A stretch of 63,645 nt of DNA, filler included, from Reticulomyxa filosa (taxonomy: Eukaryota > Protista > Foraminifera), in the NCBI GenBank assembly GCA_000512085.1. It is 19 parts of 19 records of this genome, joined end to end, with 100 filler letters (N's around TTAATTAATTAA, not from the genome) between each part and the next. Parts side by side here need not be neighbours in the genome. Positions count along the whole stretch, not along the records: positions 1 to 7,356 come from ASPP01014543.1; positions 7,457 to 9,506 come from ASPP01003203.1; positions 9,607 to 11,109 come from ASPP01004379.1; positions 11,210 to 21,315 come from ASPP01021747.1; 15 more parts are not named here. The stretch is one strand, 5' to 3'. The notes beneath the pieces are model-generated. The model was not told the DNA's origin. It was given only the letters and a program-made list of their open reading frames with translations, and searched no databases. Every line of letters starts with the position of its first letter. Position 1 is the first letter of the stretch. The position numbers were made by a program, and so were the translations under genes. Shown here in pieces: positions 1-13,731 of this stretch.

Positions 1-130
1 TTTTTTTTTTTATCCCAATTTTGTCCCCATGACATTTCTTTCGACTTGATTCAATTTATTTATTTATCCAAATAAAAAAAAGTCTTTTTTTTTTTGTATG
101 TATGGAAGTAAGTGTGTGTATTGAAAATAG

Positions 131-3100
131 CCGGGACATCTGATGCGCGGCATGTGTGACATGTTGATTGGTGGATGTAAAGATAACTCAACGCCAAGCG
201 AAAAAGACAAATTAAAATGGTTGAATGACAACTTTGGGAAGTTTACATCTGCGGCGTTCACGAAGGAAGACCTGGGCGAACTCATGCGAATTTGTCGTGG
301 AATCAATGACTATGGACGATCTGATGTCGATGTTGAATTAGATGAAAATGGTGTGTCTTATCAAAACAAACAAACAAAAAAGTAAAATGAATTTTTTTTT
401 TTTTTTTTTAAAAAAAAAGGTGCAATCGAAAATGTGAAGTGGGAAGACGACGACGAAGAACCATATGAACTCCGTGAAAAAGACGACGAAGGAGAAGACA
501 GCGGGGACGATGCATTTGCGTCGTTTGAAGACCCCGATCGAAAGGAACGTGAGAAGCAACGAGGAGAACAAGCCAACCAACAATTAGTGAGTAACATGCC
601 AGTGGACGACGATGACGATGTCGACATCGTCCCAGTGAACAACAATGAGACCGATAAGCGAGAGGACGCCACTAATGTGGACCGTGCCAAACGAGAGCCT
701 CCCACCAAAAGCAACACTGACAATGAAACCAATGAAAGTGACAAAAGCAAACGCATGGACGTGGACGGAGAAACAGTCAACACTAACACGCCAGACATGA
801 GTTTGAGCGCTAGCAAATTTGAAATCTCTCCAAAAGAAATCGATGCGCACTGGCTTCAACGAAAAGTCAGACAGCACTTTAAACACTTGGACGACCCTCT
901 CACCCTTTCCGAAAAGTTGTTGAAAGCCTTAGATCAAAGCAATCCAAGAAAAGTCGAGGAACAATTGGTTGCTTTAGTCGAGTTTAGTTGTCTGTATTTT
1001 CCACACTTGTTTTTTTTTGTTTTTTTTTAATATACACATATGGCATATATGACAACACATACAGTACATAAACATATATATGTATATATATATATATATG
1101 TGTATATACATATGTATGTATATGTATTACATCATTTTTTATTTTCTTGTGAATGCAGATATCAAGACTGGGAATTTTCGAAACAATTATTACGCAACAA
1201 AGACATAATTGTGTGGTGCACAAAACGCAAACGTGCAAAGGATGCACAACAGCTGCAGGAGATTGACTCGCACATGGCCAATGACCCAAAGCTGTGCATG
1301 ATATTGGAAGAGCTCGAGCGTACCCATGGTACGGCAGAGGCACGTACGAAGCAGTTTGTGCACACGATCCACCGGGAAGCCAAAACGCTGAAGCAGCAGT
1401 TTTTGAAACAGCAGCGAGGAGGAGGAGGAGCAGGAGGAGCAGGAGCGACAGGAGGTGGGATTGGCGTCGGAGGAGACGAGACTGCCGCCACTAGTGGCAC
1501 GTCCAACAATGGGACTGCCACTACGCCAAGCAGTGCCAGCATGGATACTGACGCAGCTTTGGCAGCGGATGAAATCGAAGAAAGTCAAGGGATTGAAGTC
1601 GAAAGCAAACCCGAGTTGTCTGCGATAGATGTAGCCACAACTGCGAAAAAAAGCGCAGTGCGTAATGAACCCGTGTATGGCGCGCCCAAAGATTTAAGCG
1701 ATCTTGCACATTGGAGTAAGACTCACAACAGTAAAAGCATGTTGGACTTGGAAGGTTTGTCATTTGCACAAGGCGGACATTACATTAGCGAAACGAGTTG
1801 GAATTTGCATGGAGGAAGCAAGTCCATCCAACACAAGGGCTATTTGGAAGTGATTGTACCTGCATTGCAAAATAAAAACAACACGCAGATTCCGTTAGTA
1901 CCGATTAGTCAGATTGACGAATGGGCACAAGCTGCGTTTGTGGATGATAGCAACGAGTCGGATGGAGATAACAGTAACGATTTTGTTCCGCTGAAGTCGT
2001 TGAACAGCATTCAAAGTCAATGCTATGAGTTTGCGATGAAACGTCCCGAAAACATGCTGCTGTGTGCGCCGACAGGGGCCGGGAAAACCAACGTGGCGTT
2101 GTTATGCATTTTGAGAGAGATTGGATTGCGAAGAAATCCAAAGACAGGAGAAATTGATAAGAATAGTTTCAAATGTGTATACATTGCCCCAATGAAGTCG
2201 TTGGTGAGAGAAGTGGTTTTGAAATTTACGCAAAAGTTTACAAAGCCTTATGGAATCAAAGTGGCGGAAATGAGCGGAGATCACATGTTGACACAGGAAC
2301 AGCTGTTTGATACGCAGATCATTGTGACGACCCCGGAAAAATGGGATGTGATGACAAGAAAAGGAATGGATCGCACGTACACGGCCTTGGTGAAATTGAT
2401 AATAATTGACGAAATTCATTTGTTGCACGACACCAGAGGTCCTGTGTTGGAAGCCATTGTGGCCAGAACACATCGCCACATTGAGACTTCGATGGACCAT
2501 ATTCGATTGGTGGCGTTGAGTGCGACATTGCCCAATTACAAAGACGTGGCATTGTTTTTGAGATGTGAAAGTGACGGAATTTTCTACTTTGACAACGGCT
2601 ATCGTCCCATTCCATTGTCGCAAAGGTTTGTTGGTGTCACGTGGAAACGCGCCTATCGTCAGTACCAATTGATGAATGATCTCTGCTACGACTACGTCAT
2701 GGAACAGATGGCCAAGAAACAACAGGTCATTGTATTTGTTCATTCGCGAAAGGAAACCATGAATACATGCAAGTATTTGATCGGCAAGTGCGAAGAGAAC
2801 ACTTGCTTGGACAGAGTGTTAAGTGACGACAGCGGGGAAATGGAAATTCTGCGCACCGAGTCCAAAAATGTTGTGGACACCAACCTAAGTGATTTACTGT
2901 GCAAAGGCTTTGGCATTCATCACGCTGGTATGTCTCGAAGTGACCGAGTTTTGGTGGAGGATTTGTTTCGTGCTCGAGTGCTGAAGGTGCTCGTCAGTAC
3001 GTCCACCTTGGCGTGGGGGGTTAACATGCCCGCACATGCTGTCATTATCAAAGGCACCCAAGTATACGACGCCGAAAAAGGCAAGTGGTGTGAACTGAGC

Positions 3101-6100
3101 ATGTTGGATGTGTTGCAAATGTTTGGTCGAGCAGGCCGACCTCCATTCGACAGCTATGGTGAGGGTATCCTAATTACCACGCATCCGGAGTTGAAGTATT
3201 ACATGCCATTGTTGAACGAACAAATGCCAATTGAATCCCAACTGTTGCAAAAATTACCCGATATTTTGAACGCCGAAATCGTGTTGGGAACAGTCCAGCA
3301 CTTGAAAGAAGCCGTGGATTGGCTGAGTTATACGTACCTGTTTGTTCGCATGTGCAAGAGTCCAACCATTTATGGCGTGTCCAATGACGTCTTGCAAAAT
3401 GACAAGTATTTGTTGCAACGAAGAATTGACTTGCTTCACACGAGCGCCATCATTTTGGAAAAGTGTCACATGCTCAAATACGATAAAAACACAGGATACT
3501 TTCAAAGCGCGGATATGGGAAGAGTGGCAGCACATTATTACATCTCGCATGAGAGCATTGAAACGTATAATGAGTACTTGCGACCGACATTGAGTGATAT
3601 TGAAATATTGCGAGTGTTTAGTCTTAGTGGGGAATTTAAATACATTAGCGTGCGAGACGGTGAAAAAGATGAGTTATCGAAATTGATCGACAAAGTGCCG
3701 GTCCCAATCAAAGAGTCGATGGAAGAAAGCGCTAGCAAAATCAATGTGTTGCTGCAAACATATATTGCGCGATTAAAACTTGATGGATTTCAATTGATTG
3801 CCGATATGTGCTATGTCACTCAATCTGCCGCGCGTTTATTCCGCTGTTTGTTTGAAATGGTGTTGAAGCGCCAATGGGCACAGGTGACCATGCGAGTGTT
3901 GACTTTTTGCAAAATGATCGCCCATCGAATGTGGAGCATTGAAAGTCCTTTGCGACAATTCAACGCGATGAGCAGTGCCCCTTGTATCCCCAACTTGTGC
4001 ATCCAAAGATTGGAACGAGCAAACATGTCTTGGGAAGGCTATCTGCGCTTGAAGGCAGAGGAAATTGGCGAGTTGATTCGAATGCAAGAATTGGGCAAAT
4101 TGGTGTACAAATACATCCACGCCATCCCCAAAATGGAATGCAAAGGATTGGTGCAACCCATTACACGAAGTGTGATTAAAGTGGATCTGTCCTTGGTTGC
4201 CGACTTTGAATGGATTGACGAATTCCATTACAACTCGCAAGAGTTTTGGATCTTTGTCGAAGATGTCGATAGCGAGCATATTTTGCATTACGAGTACTTT
4301 ATTTTGAAAAAAAAGTTTTTATCCAACGAACATCATCTTTCATTCACAATTCCCATCACGCATCCATTGCCTCCTCAGTACTTTATTCGAATTGTCAGTG
4401 ACAAATGGCTCGGAAGTGAGACGGTATTGCCCATTTCCTTCCGCTTGCTTATATTACCGGAAAAGTTCAAACCCGCCACCGAGCTGTTGGATCTGCAGCC
4501 CTTGCCCATCAAGTCGATGCAACTGGAACAACCGCTGTTGCAATCCATCTTTCCATTCGACTACTTTAACGCCATTCAAACACAAGTGTTTGGTAATTTG
4601 TATCGATCTGCCGAAAACTTGTTGCTATGTGCGCCCATCAATAGTGGCAAAATCACTTGCGCGGAAATTGCACTGTTGAAAAACGTCATCGAGTTTCCCA
4701 ATTGCAAAGGAGTGTACATTAGTCCAATCGAAGAGATTTGTCGCTATCGATACAAGCAATGGAAGATTAAATTTGAGGACAATAAATTTTTGGAAGAGAA
4801 ATGCAAAGTCGTTTTGACCACAGGAGATCGCAATTTGGACTTGAAAAAAATTGAAAGTGGACGAATCATTGTCACCACCCCGGAACATTGGGATAACATT
4901 AGTCGTCGTTGGCGCAGCCGTCCTGTTGTTCAAAGCGTCAGTGTTATCGTCTGTGATGACTTGCATTTGATCGGCAGTGGTCAACAAGGTGCAACCTATG
5001 AGATGGTCGTATCGCGAATGCGCGCAATGAAGGAAGAGTTGAAAAGTCCTTTACGTATGATCGGATTATCAGTACCTATTGCAAATGCATCCGACTTTGG
5101 TCTTTGGATCGGAGCCCCTTTATCACATATTTACAACTTTGAGCCCATGGTCCGACCTATTCCAATCAATATCCACTTTGAAGTGTCCGATTTGAACAAT
5201 GTCGAGTCTCGACACATGTACTTCTTAAAGCCTTGCTATTTACATATCACTCGCTATTGTCCAAAGGGACGTGTTATCATATTTTGTCCTTCCGCAAAGC
5301 ATTGTCGTCGATTGGCTGGTGACTTGTGCGCATATGCTGCCAGTGACATATCTCCACATCGTTTCCTTCGTGTTAACAAAGAGGATTTAATGAAAGACCC
5401 ACACTGCAATGATATCAAACATCATAAAGAACTTTGGGAGTGTGTGAGTCGAGGCGTGGGATATTTGACCCCGTACATGGACGAAAAGAAAAAACAAGCC
5501 GTTGCCAGATTGTTCCGCAATGATTGTATTCAGCTGCTAGTTGTCGAGCACTCCTTGTGCTGGAGTTTGGACGAGTACGATACATTTGACGACAAGTCAC
5601 GTGAAAACGAGCGCGGAAGTGGCAAAAAAATGGAAGCGTCGATGGTCATCATTATGGACACACAGTATTATAATGGATTGTATCATGAGTATGTGGACTA
5701 CTCACTGCCGGAGGTCATTCAAATGATGGGCAAGGCCAATCACAGCAATAAAATGCAAGGTGCAGTTCGTTGTGTCGTGTTCTGTCACTCGTCAAAGCGA
5801 GCCTTTTTAAACAAATTCTTGACTCATGCTTTCCCTGTGGAAAGTGCCTTGGAGGCATTCATTGACGATCATTTGAACGCGGAAATTGCTCAAGAATCGG
5901 TCAGTGATGCCAATGACGCTATCGACGTGCTGACATGGACCTATTACTTCCGACGATTGACCAAAAATCCAAATTACTATGGATTAAAAGGAGTCACGGA
6001 CGTGGAACTCAGTCAACATTTGTCCGAGCTTGTGGAAGAGTCTTTAACATCCTTGTACAACGCCAAATGCATTCATGTGGATGAAGAGATGTCCGTGGAG

Positions 6101-7239
6101 CCTTTGAATTATTCGCTGATTGCGGTGTATCATTACATGAGTTGTCACACTATCGAAAGAATGCACAATCTCATAACGCCCCGAAATCAACTTGCTGAAT
6201 TGCTGAGTATTATTGCAGCGGCGGTAGAGCTCGAAGATATTCCAATACGCAATAACGAAGAGTATGCCATTGAAAAAATGTCCAAACATTTGCCCCTAAA
6301 AATTCCACTTCAATCACGCTACACCGACACTTCCACCAAAGTGAACGTATTGCTGCAGACGCATTTTATTCGTCGTCCGCTTCAAGGTGCCATTCGCTAT
6401 GATCGCACTCAAATATTGAAGAAAGTGTTTCCAGTGGCTTGTGCTTTGGTAGATATGGCCTCGAGCAAAAAAGTGTTAGTCCCGACCTTGCAAAGTGTCC
6501 ATTTGTGTCAGATGATTGTGCAGGCCGTCCTGATTGGTGACTCACCCTTGTTACAATTGCCACACTTGACTTATGACAAAGTGGAAGTGTTACGAAAGCA
6601 ACACAAGATTGAAGACATATTCGATTTAACGGAAATGGGAGACCACGCAATGAAAGTATTGAATAACCTTGGTGTCACTGCAAAAGAATGCGCGGATATT
6701 GCAAATGTCACAAATGTCATACCTAATGTTGGATTAGAGTGCTTCGTCTTGAATGACCAAAACGAAGTAAAGGCAGGTGAAAAGCTACAATTAGTAGTTC
6801 GAGTTGAAAGAGATGACCCCTTTGAAGAGGAGAGCAGCGACAGTGATGATAACAAACAAAATGAGCAAAAACAAAAATCACGAATTCAAAAGAAAAAGAA
6901 AAACTTTTCACGCCTCCGTCTGTATTTGCCCCTCGCTTTCCATTGAAAGAAAAACAAGAAACGTGGTATGTTATTATTGGAGATACCAAAGCCAATCGAT
7001 TGTTTGCAAATAAACGATTCACAATGGATCGGCTCTGGAAAGATTTAACATTCGAATTGGAAGTCGGCAATAGTAGTGACGCCCATGAATGGGAAGTCCA
7101 CTTGATGTGTGATAGTTATTTGGGATGTGATCAAAAAGAAACTGTCCGCTTCAAAGTGTTGGAAAATAAAGCAATGGACGTTGATGGTCCTGACGACCAA
7201 CACACTCTCCCCTCGGAACATAACGAAAAACAAAACTAA
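131..7239 (+). CDS. SNRNP200: U5 snRNP 200-kDa Ski2-like RNA helicase Brr2 (5' truncated, introns ~351-419 and ~982-1158, frameshift near 6866-6900)
   Basis: N-terminal plug-like exon, PWI-like IDAHWLQRK, Walker A CAPTGAGKT, DEIH box, SATLPN, HHAGM, LQMFGRAGRP, Sec63 units, a second degenerate cassette (CAPINSGK/DDLH), and C-terminal FAPRFP..ETWYVIIGD...CDSYLGCDQ. Confidence 0.97.
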
Positions 7240-7356
7240 CACCAGAAAAAAAAGGTTTTAAAACATTACTTTTTTTTCTGTTTTGTTATTTCCATTTACT
7301 TAATAATCACAGTGTCTGCTAAACTATTCACTTTTTATGTCAAAAAAAAAAAAAAA

Positions 7357-7456
7357 NNNNNNNNNNNNNNNNNNNNNNNNNNNNNNNNNNNNNNNNNNNN
7401 TTAATTAATTAANNNNNNNNNNNNNNNNNNNNNNNNNNNNNNNNNNNNNNNNNNNN
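7357..7456. other. Artificial contig spacer (N44-TTAATTAATTAA-N44). First of 18; the others start at 9507, 11110, 21316, 24161, 27700, 28993, 31058, 32424, 35727, 43775, 44951, 46399, 47572, 48945, 55850, 58486, 62507
   Basis: Identical 100-nt linker with stops in all six frames, flanked by N runs; gene context breaks at each one. Confidence 0.98.
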
Positions 7457-10400
7457 AAACTTCAAACTTCAGTCCCACAGGAAAATCCAACTGGTCATTC
7501 GTTACAAAGCGATACGAGCCCTTCACCGATATGAACACTAATTCGATAATTTCGTTTTCGTGTTCATTCACACAATATTTGGAAATTCGCGTCGACTCGT
7601 TAATCGTCCAAAATACAAATACATCAAATTTCCAATCAATCCAGTGCTGCCATGACGATACACCGACGGTTTTGGGATTTTTCTGTTGGGACATTATAAT
7701 AACACTCCTCTTTTATCTCGTTCTTTTTTTTTATAAATTTGATTGGGTGCACAACAACAGATCACGTCGTATTACATTTCTCTCATCCAAACAAAAACAC
7801 ATATCCACACTTATTTGAACAGATACAAAGCACTCGAACATGCATCATTTCAACTGTAGGCAACATGTCATCATCGATAAGTCCTATTGTTCAGCAACAA
7901 ACATTGAGGTTGGAAGTTACTCTCGGGTATTGTTGTGTCTGATTCGAAACTTCTTGTGTGAAAAGAACGGAACAAAAAGCAGACATGACAATACTGTAAA
8001 ACTGTCCACTAGATATCATTTCCGTTTTCGTCCGTTCTAATTGTTTTTTTTTTTTTGTATAGGTCGGTTTGTAACTGTTTTGTTTGTTCAAAAAAATTTT
8101 GAACAAAAAATTATTTCCGTCAACTTCAAAAATTTGATTATTTCATACGTATTATTGGAGGAATCTTCAATTTTATTATCCACATTATCTTGTGTAAAAT
8201 CTTGCACATTATTTTCATCGATTATGGAATGACTTGATATATTTATTTCACTCGTTGTTTTGGTTACACTTTTGAACTTTTGGACACCTGGCTTAATTCA
8301 TCGTATGGGTCGTCAAGCGAGCAGATTGATGGTATTTGGTAAATCTTTACTTACTATCAAAGAATTACTCGATCAGTGGAACAATGACAATATCGTGCAT
8401 ATGGAGTGTCATGGCTCATTCACACCATTGCAATACGCCGATAAAATTTCATTATCGATGCATTCCGTTGCTATTATCATTACCATTATTGCTGGGGATT
8501 CACTTCAGCACAAATAGTAATATTAACAACAACAGCTTGCTCATTCCATTTGCACCCTTTAAAGGTCTATTCAAAAATTTCAAGAAACACATAACACATA
8601 CGTATAAATAAATAATAAATATACGTTATAAAGATGTTATATATTAAATATGTACACATAAAAAAAACTTTTTCAAGCAATGGACCCAAGAACGAGTTAT
8701 ATAGCCAGGTAACAGGAAAGAGATAGGCACACAAATGACAAATGAAATACCTTGAGCTCTTGTATTGGAATGCGCGCGCTTGTTTCAATGATAATGCTTC
8801 TTATCAATTATTCCGTTATTTGGAACAATTAAACTGTGGCTTGAAGGAAAGCTAGTATCACTGAAAGTCTCTTCCCTAGATCTACTATTTCTTGAGTGGA
8901 GGTCTTGTCAGCAGCCACTTCTTTGAGATGATAACGATGATAGGTGATACTAGATAGAGGAGAGGTGCTCGAGTGCTGGCATAAAATATTACACTCAGCA
9001 GGGCCCAGAGCCACCAACACATTGCAAATATTCAACTTTTGTTTCGTTCGGCAAATGATAGAGCAACTTTTGAATCGTTGATCCATTTGTCAATTGGCAC
9101 GACCTTGTTGTTGTTCTTGTAATGAATGGCGCAACAACATTAGCTATCTTCCGCGCGCAAACCAATAGCAGTGGCACCCAAGTATTGGAGCACACAACAT
9201 CAGTCCAATGTCTTGAATTAATTGACAAATGAATACAGCAGAACGTGGACTGCGTTATTGTTGTCGTGTCATCGTTATCATTATCGCTGGCACTGCGCTT
9301 GACATTGTTACATCCATCCAATAGCTTTCATTGATCGTCACACTATGTGAAATTAGTCCATATTAAGAATGTGCAAAGTCGCCATTTGTTGATGTAAAGA
9401 GCCATAACCAAAGGAACATCGTCAAACAAATTGGAGCCACAATGACATCGAGAGAATTGTTCCATGTGAAAGTGGCTTACTCGACCGCAATAATGTGATT
9501 ATTTATNNNNNNNNNNNNNNNNNNNNNNNNNNNNNNNNNNNNNNNNNNNNTTAATTAATTAANNNNNNNNNNNNNNNNNNNNNNNNNNNNNNNNNNNNNN
9601 NNNNNNAGGGCTGTTCATTTTTTTATTCAAAAAGTAGATCAAGACTGACGTTTTTTACCTCCTATTACAATATCTGCTGTTTGAAGGCAAATCTTTTGTT
9701 TCATTGTCTTCAGCCTGGGTGTGTGACACTTTTGTTTAGTTTTGCGTTGCAACGACAGCAACTCAGCACACATCAAAAAAGACTTGCATCTCGTAAATAT
9801 TTGTTCTGCAAGCAATTGAGTAATAATTTCCTTACAAATGGAAAGAAGTGCAATGATTTATTTCATGCGAAGATTACTTCTTTCTCTGTGAATATGCTTA
9901 TGGAAGAATAATAAAGAAAAAACAATGTATTTCAAGCGTAAAAAATTGACAAGACCAATGTTTTGTGAAAACACAATACAAAGAAACAAGGGTTACAATT
10001 TTGACTGTCGACAGAGCTTCTGTCTTTTCGAGTGTTCTTGTTCTCTCATTCCGTTGTACTTTATCAACGATTAGGAATGCTCATCAAAAACGTTGGTTCA
10101 ATTATTCGTTATAAACGTAAATACTCCAAAACGCGAAAAAGCGTATTTTCAAATCACATTTCAAATAAAAAAGGATCGATAGTATCAATGTGGTCAAAAT
10201 AAATACATATTTTTGCATGTCACGAAAATCAGCTATTGATAACGCGTTCACTAGTTTCCAACTGTAGCAAAACCGTACTTGTGAGAAAATCATCGCATGA
10301 TATTTTTTTTTCAATAAGAATTAAAAACGTGTAAAGAAATTTGATATATTGATTTGCGAAAATATTGAATATTAAAATTGAACTCGTGCTAATATTTTGT

Positions 10401-10789
10401 GGTGATAATACTGCACGATAAAAAAAAATATTTTCATTAAAAAATTAGCAAAATTTTGCCCTGGGACACCAAGGTGTAATTGTTCCTTGTTCAATACGTC
10501 GCAGTGACCACATCGCCCACTCCTTTAATATTATAAATACAACTGGTTGATTTAATTTCCCCAAAGCGATCTTGAGCGTAGTTGTTGAAGAATCATTCAT
10601 TTTGTTCAAACCTACTATTAGTTGTTCAATTACTAACAAGTAGCATAATCGAGCATGCTGTCGAGTTTGTCCTTGAATTTCTCTATTTTTTTTTTGTTTT
10701 TTTTAAAGATAAAAAAAATTATTATATCTTTTTTTTTCACACAAACATACCCTTTTGTGGCTTCCTTTCGCAATTGATATTTTAAATTT

Positions 10790-11030
10790 AATAAAGTTTA
10801 ATTTGAACACAACTTCTATGGATTTGAATCGTTCAGCACCAAAGGTAATGACTTGGCCATCAGGAAATTCGTAGTTTTGTTCCAGTTCGCTGGAGGTGTC
10901 AGCTTTCGTCAATTGGTCATCATAGTCTAAAGCAACATGGGACAATTGTTACTTAATGTCCAGTACAACTTCCTTCTCGGCGATTATTGTGAAGGAATAT
11001 TTTCTTTTCATCAATATTTTTCCAATTGTC
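10790..11030 (-). pseudogene. Actin pseudogene fragment
   Basis: KILMKRKYSFTIIAEKEVVLDIK*QLSHVALDYDD...ELEQNYEFPDGQVITFGAERFK resembles actin [33 protein letters not shown]...YELPDGQVITIGNERF; in-frame stop, short fragment only. Confidence 0.88.
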
Positions 11031-11853
11031 CAGTCTTGTGCTCGACGACGTAAACCACATACTTGCCAATCAATCACTTGATCTTTTTTGATTGTTGGCT
11101 CAATTGTTANNNNNNNNNNNNNNNNNNNNNNNNNNNNNNNNNNNNNNNNNNNNTTAATTAATTAANNNNNNNNNNNNNNNNNNNNNNNNNNNNNNNNNNN
11201 NNNNNNNNNAATAAGATATTTGCATATGATAAAACAAAAATTAAATGTCATCACATTTTGATGTTACACAATTAATTTCAAATTCCAAAAAATGTTGACA
11301 ATGTAATTTTAGTTTTTTAATTGTTATATTGATAATAATTTTTTTTTTAAAGCAATGCCAATTGTTAAATAATAAATATTTTAGCCAAGAAAAAAATACT
11401 TTTTTTTGCTTGTTTAATTTTTGAGTAATGAAAATCAAGTTTTTATACGTTGAAATGCCCGCTTCGTTTTAACAGGTAGATAAGTTTTTGCTTTTTATCT
11501 AATGTGTCACAATTGCTGTAAACTTATTTGAAAGAACTACTATTCGAGTTATATTCCGCAATTGCCTTGTACTTTTCATGATAGAAATGACCACACTTGG
11601 AGATCTTCTAACAAGCAACTTGTTTAATATGCTTCTGATGCATGGAAGCTTAGCTTTGATTTTTCATTGAAATTTTTAAATCTTTAACCCTATCTAATGT
11701 AGGAATTTCAAACAAATTCTTTTTGTGGAGAGCGAGTCTTGTTGTTTGGGTTTTTAGTTAGAACTCTACTGTTTCATTATCGTATATAAAATAATATTCT
11801 GTTTTGCATTCTCGTTACGTTTGAAAAGGATTAAATTGTTTGGATTGAAGAAC

Positions 11854-13286
11854 ATGTCGGATTCAGAAAAGTGCTCACATAAACTTGCCATTGCAAAATG
11901 CAAACTCGTATGTTCACTAGTTCGAAATCATCAGGTTCAAGAATAAATGACCAATATCACAAAATAAAATTAGACCATTGATATGATTAAACTGGCTCAA
12001 CGTTTTGTCGAAGGCCTCTTAACCTCGCATATGGACTATTTGCATTTTCTCGAAGGTTGTTTTTTTTTGTCAAAAGTCCGGCTGCAAAACGAGAGGCAAA
12101 ACAAAGTTTTAAATTTTTTTAATAGGAGAGGATACAAAAGTGGCAGACGAAGACAGGCCTGTCGCGCCCGTAAACGAGAGTGCAGAAAGCAAAGAACTTT
12201 CAACTTCAATACCTTTGGAGAAAAGTAAAAAAAAAAAGAAAATTTCAGGAACAAAACAAAAGGGGGACCGGAACAAAAACAGTGCATTAAAAAAAAAAAA
12301 AAAAGGAGCAAACGAATCGATGGAATCGGAAACATCAAAAAAGAAAAAAAAGAAAAAAAAAGTTGGCACAAGTGTCCAACGGAAAGAACCAGAAAAAGTG
12401 AGTGACACGTCTGTTGAGGTATTAAAGCCAGAAGAAACAAGCGGAAAAAAAGACAAAAAACAAAAGTCGAAAAAAAAGAACAGCAAAAGCAAAAACAAAA
12501 ACAAAACAAAAAAAATAAAAAGTCCGAATCACGAAACCACTTCCAAAAAAAAAAAAAAAAAACCAAAAAGTCAAAAAAACGAAGTGACAGGCCAACCCAA
12601 GCAAGTGATAGCATATCACATCTTTCTCAAAGAAAGAATAAGTGAAATGAAAGTGACAGATCCAAACAAAAAATTTTCTGAAAGAATACGCACAATTGCA
12701 CAAGAATGGAACAGAATGAATGCAGAGAGCAAGCAGCCATTTCAAGACAAGGCAGTTGTAGCTAATAAACTGCTTAATGCAACTACCCTTATTGAAGACA
12801 CTCCCAAGTTAAATACACCGACATCCAACAAGAAACGTCCCCTGTCTATCCTGAGCAGTGAAGACGTTCTTCTTTCCGCGGTTAATGCTAATGCCGATGA
12901 TAACATCCAAATTAGTTCAAGTTCACCAATAGTGCCAAACCCATCAGAGCCGAGGAGAATACATACTCGTGGCATTAAACATTTGCGGCCGAATACTATC
13001 AGTTATAACAACTTTCAAGAGAAGGGAGTTTTTTTATTATTATTATTATTGTCTTGAAAATGTTTATGCTTGGGGGAAAAATAATGACGATACAGCTGAA
13101 ATATCAGAGGCTGCGAGACTTAGTGATAATGCTTCCAAAATAAACGCTACGGAACTTAGTGACAGTGAGTTTGAGGAACCTAAAACAGAAGACGAAACTG
13201 AAACTAGTGTCTTCTCTGATCATCAGTCCTCACAAGATTCAGAGAAAGAAATTCTTAGTGATGAACAAGAACTTAGTTTGGCATAA
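11854..13286 (+). CDS. HMG-box protein with Lys-rich N-terminal half and acidic tail (multi-exon)
   Basis: PKQVIAYHIFLKERISEMKVTDPNKKFSERIRTIAQEWNRMNAESKQPFQDKA is an HMG-box signature (~12597-12770); ATG at 11854 and exon boundaries approximate. Confidence 0.8.
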
Positions 13287-13731
13287 GCAATATTTACAAC
13301 TTTTTTGTATCATAATTTTTCATTTAACTTTCTTTTGTTCTTTATACTTGGTTCTGCGGGGCCATTCTTTTAAAGTTGTTCCCAGAACTTGCCATGTTGT
13401 TATTATTTCCTCCAAAATGGGAAGGAGATTTGTGAACTCGAAAATATCAGCATGCAGGTGTACTGTTCTCTTTTTGTATTTTAATTTAAAAAAAAAACAA
13501 AGTCTAAACTGACTTTGTTTTCTGCATGCTGGCATTTTTATTGCAATATTTTTTTTTTTTTTAAGTTTTCGGAATTACCAATTTCTTCACCAGAATTATT
13601 ATAATTGATTTATTGCTTTTTTTTTTGAAAGAGTTAATAAGAAAAAATTCGAACGATTAAATAATGGGGAAAAAAAAAAGATAACGAAAAATTATTGACA
13701 CTGTACTGTAAATTTAATGCCATCATTAGAA

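Noticed and set aside
4620-4970. Degenerate Walker A/DExH (CAPINSGK, DDLH) in BRR2
   Set aside because: The C-terminal cassette of Brr2 is known to be catalytically inactive, so this is expected
7457-9506. Fragmentary ORFs, possibly a decayed membrane or surface protein gene
   Set aside because: No recognisable motif or consistent frame; cannot be supported
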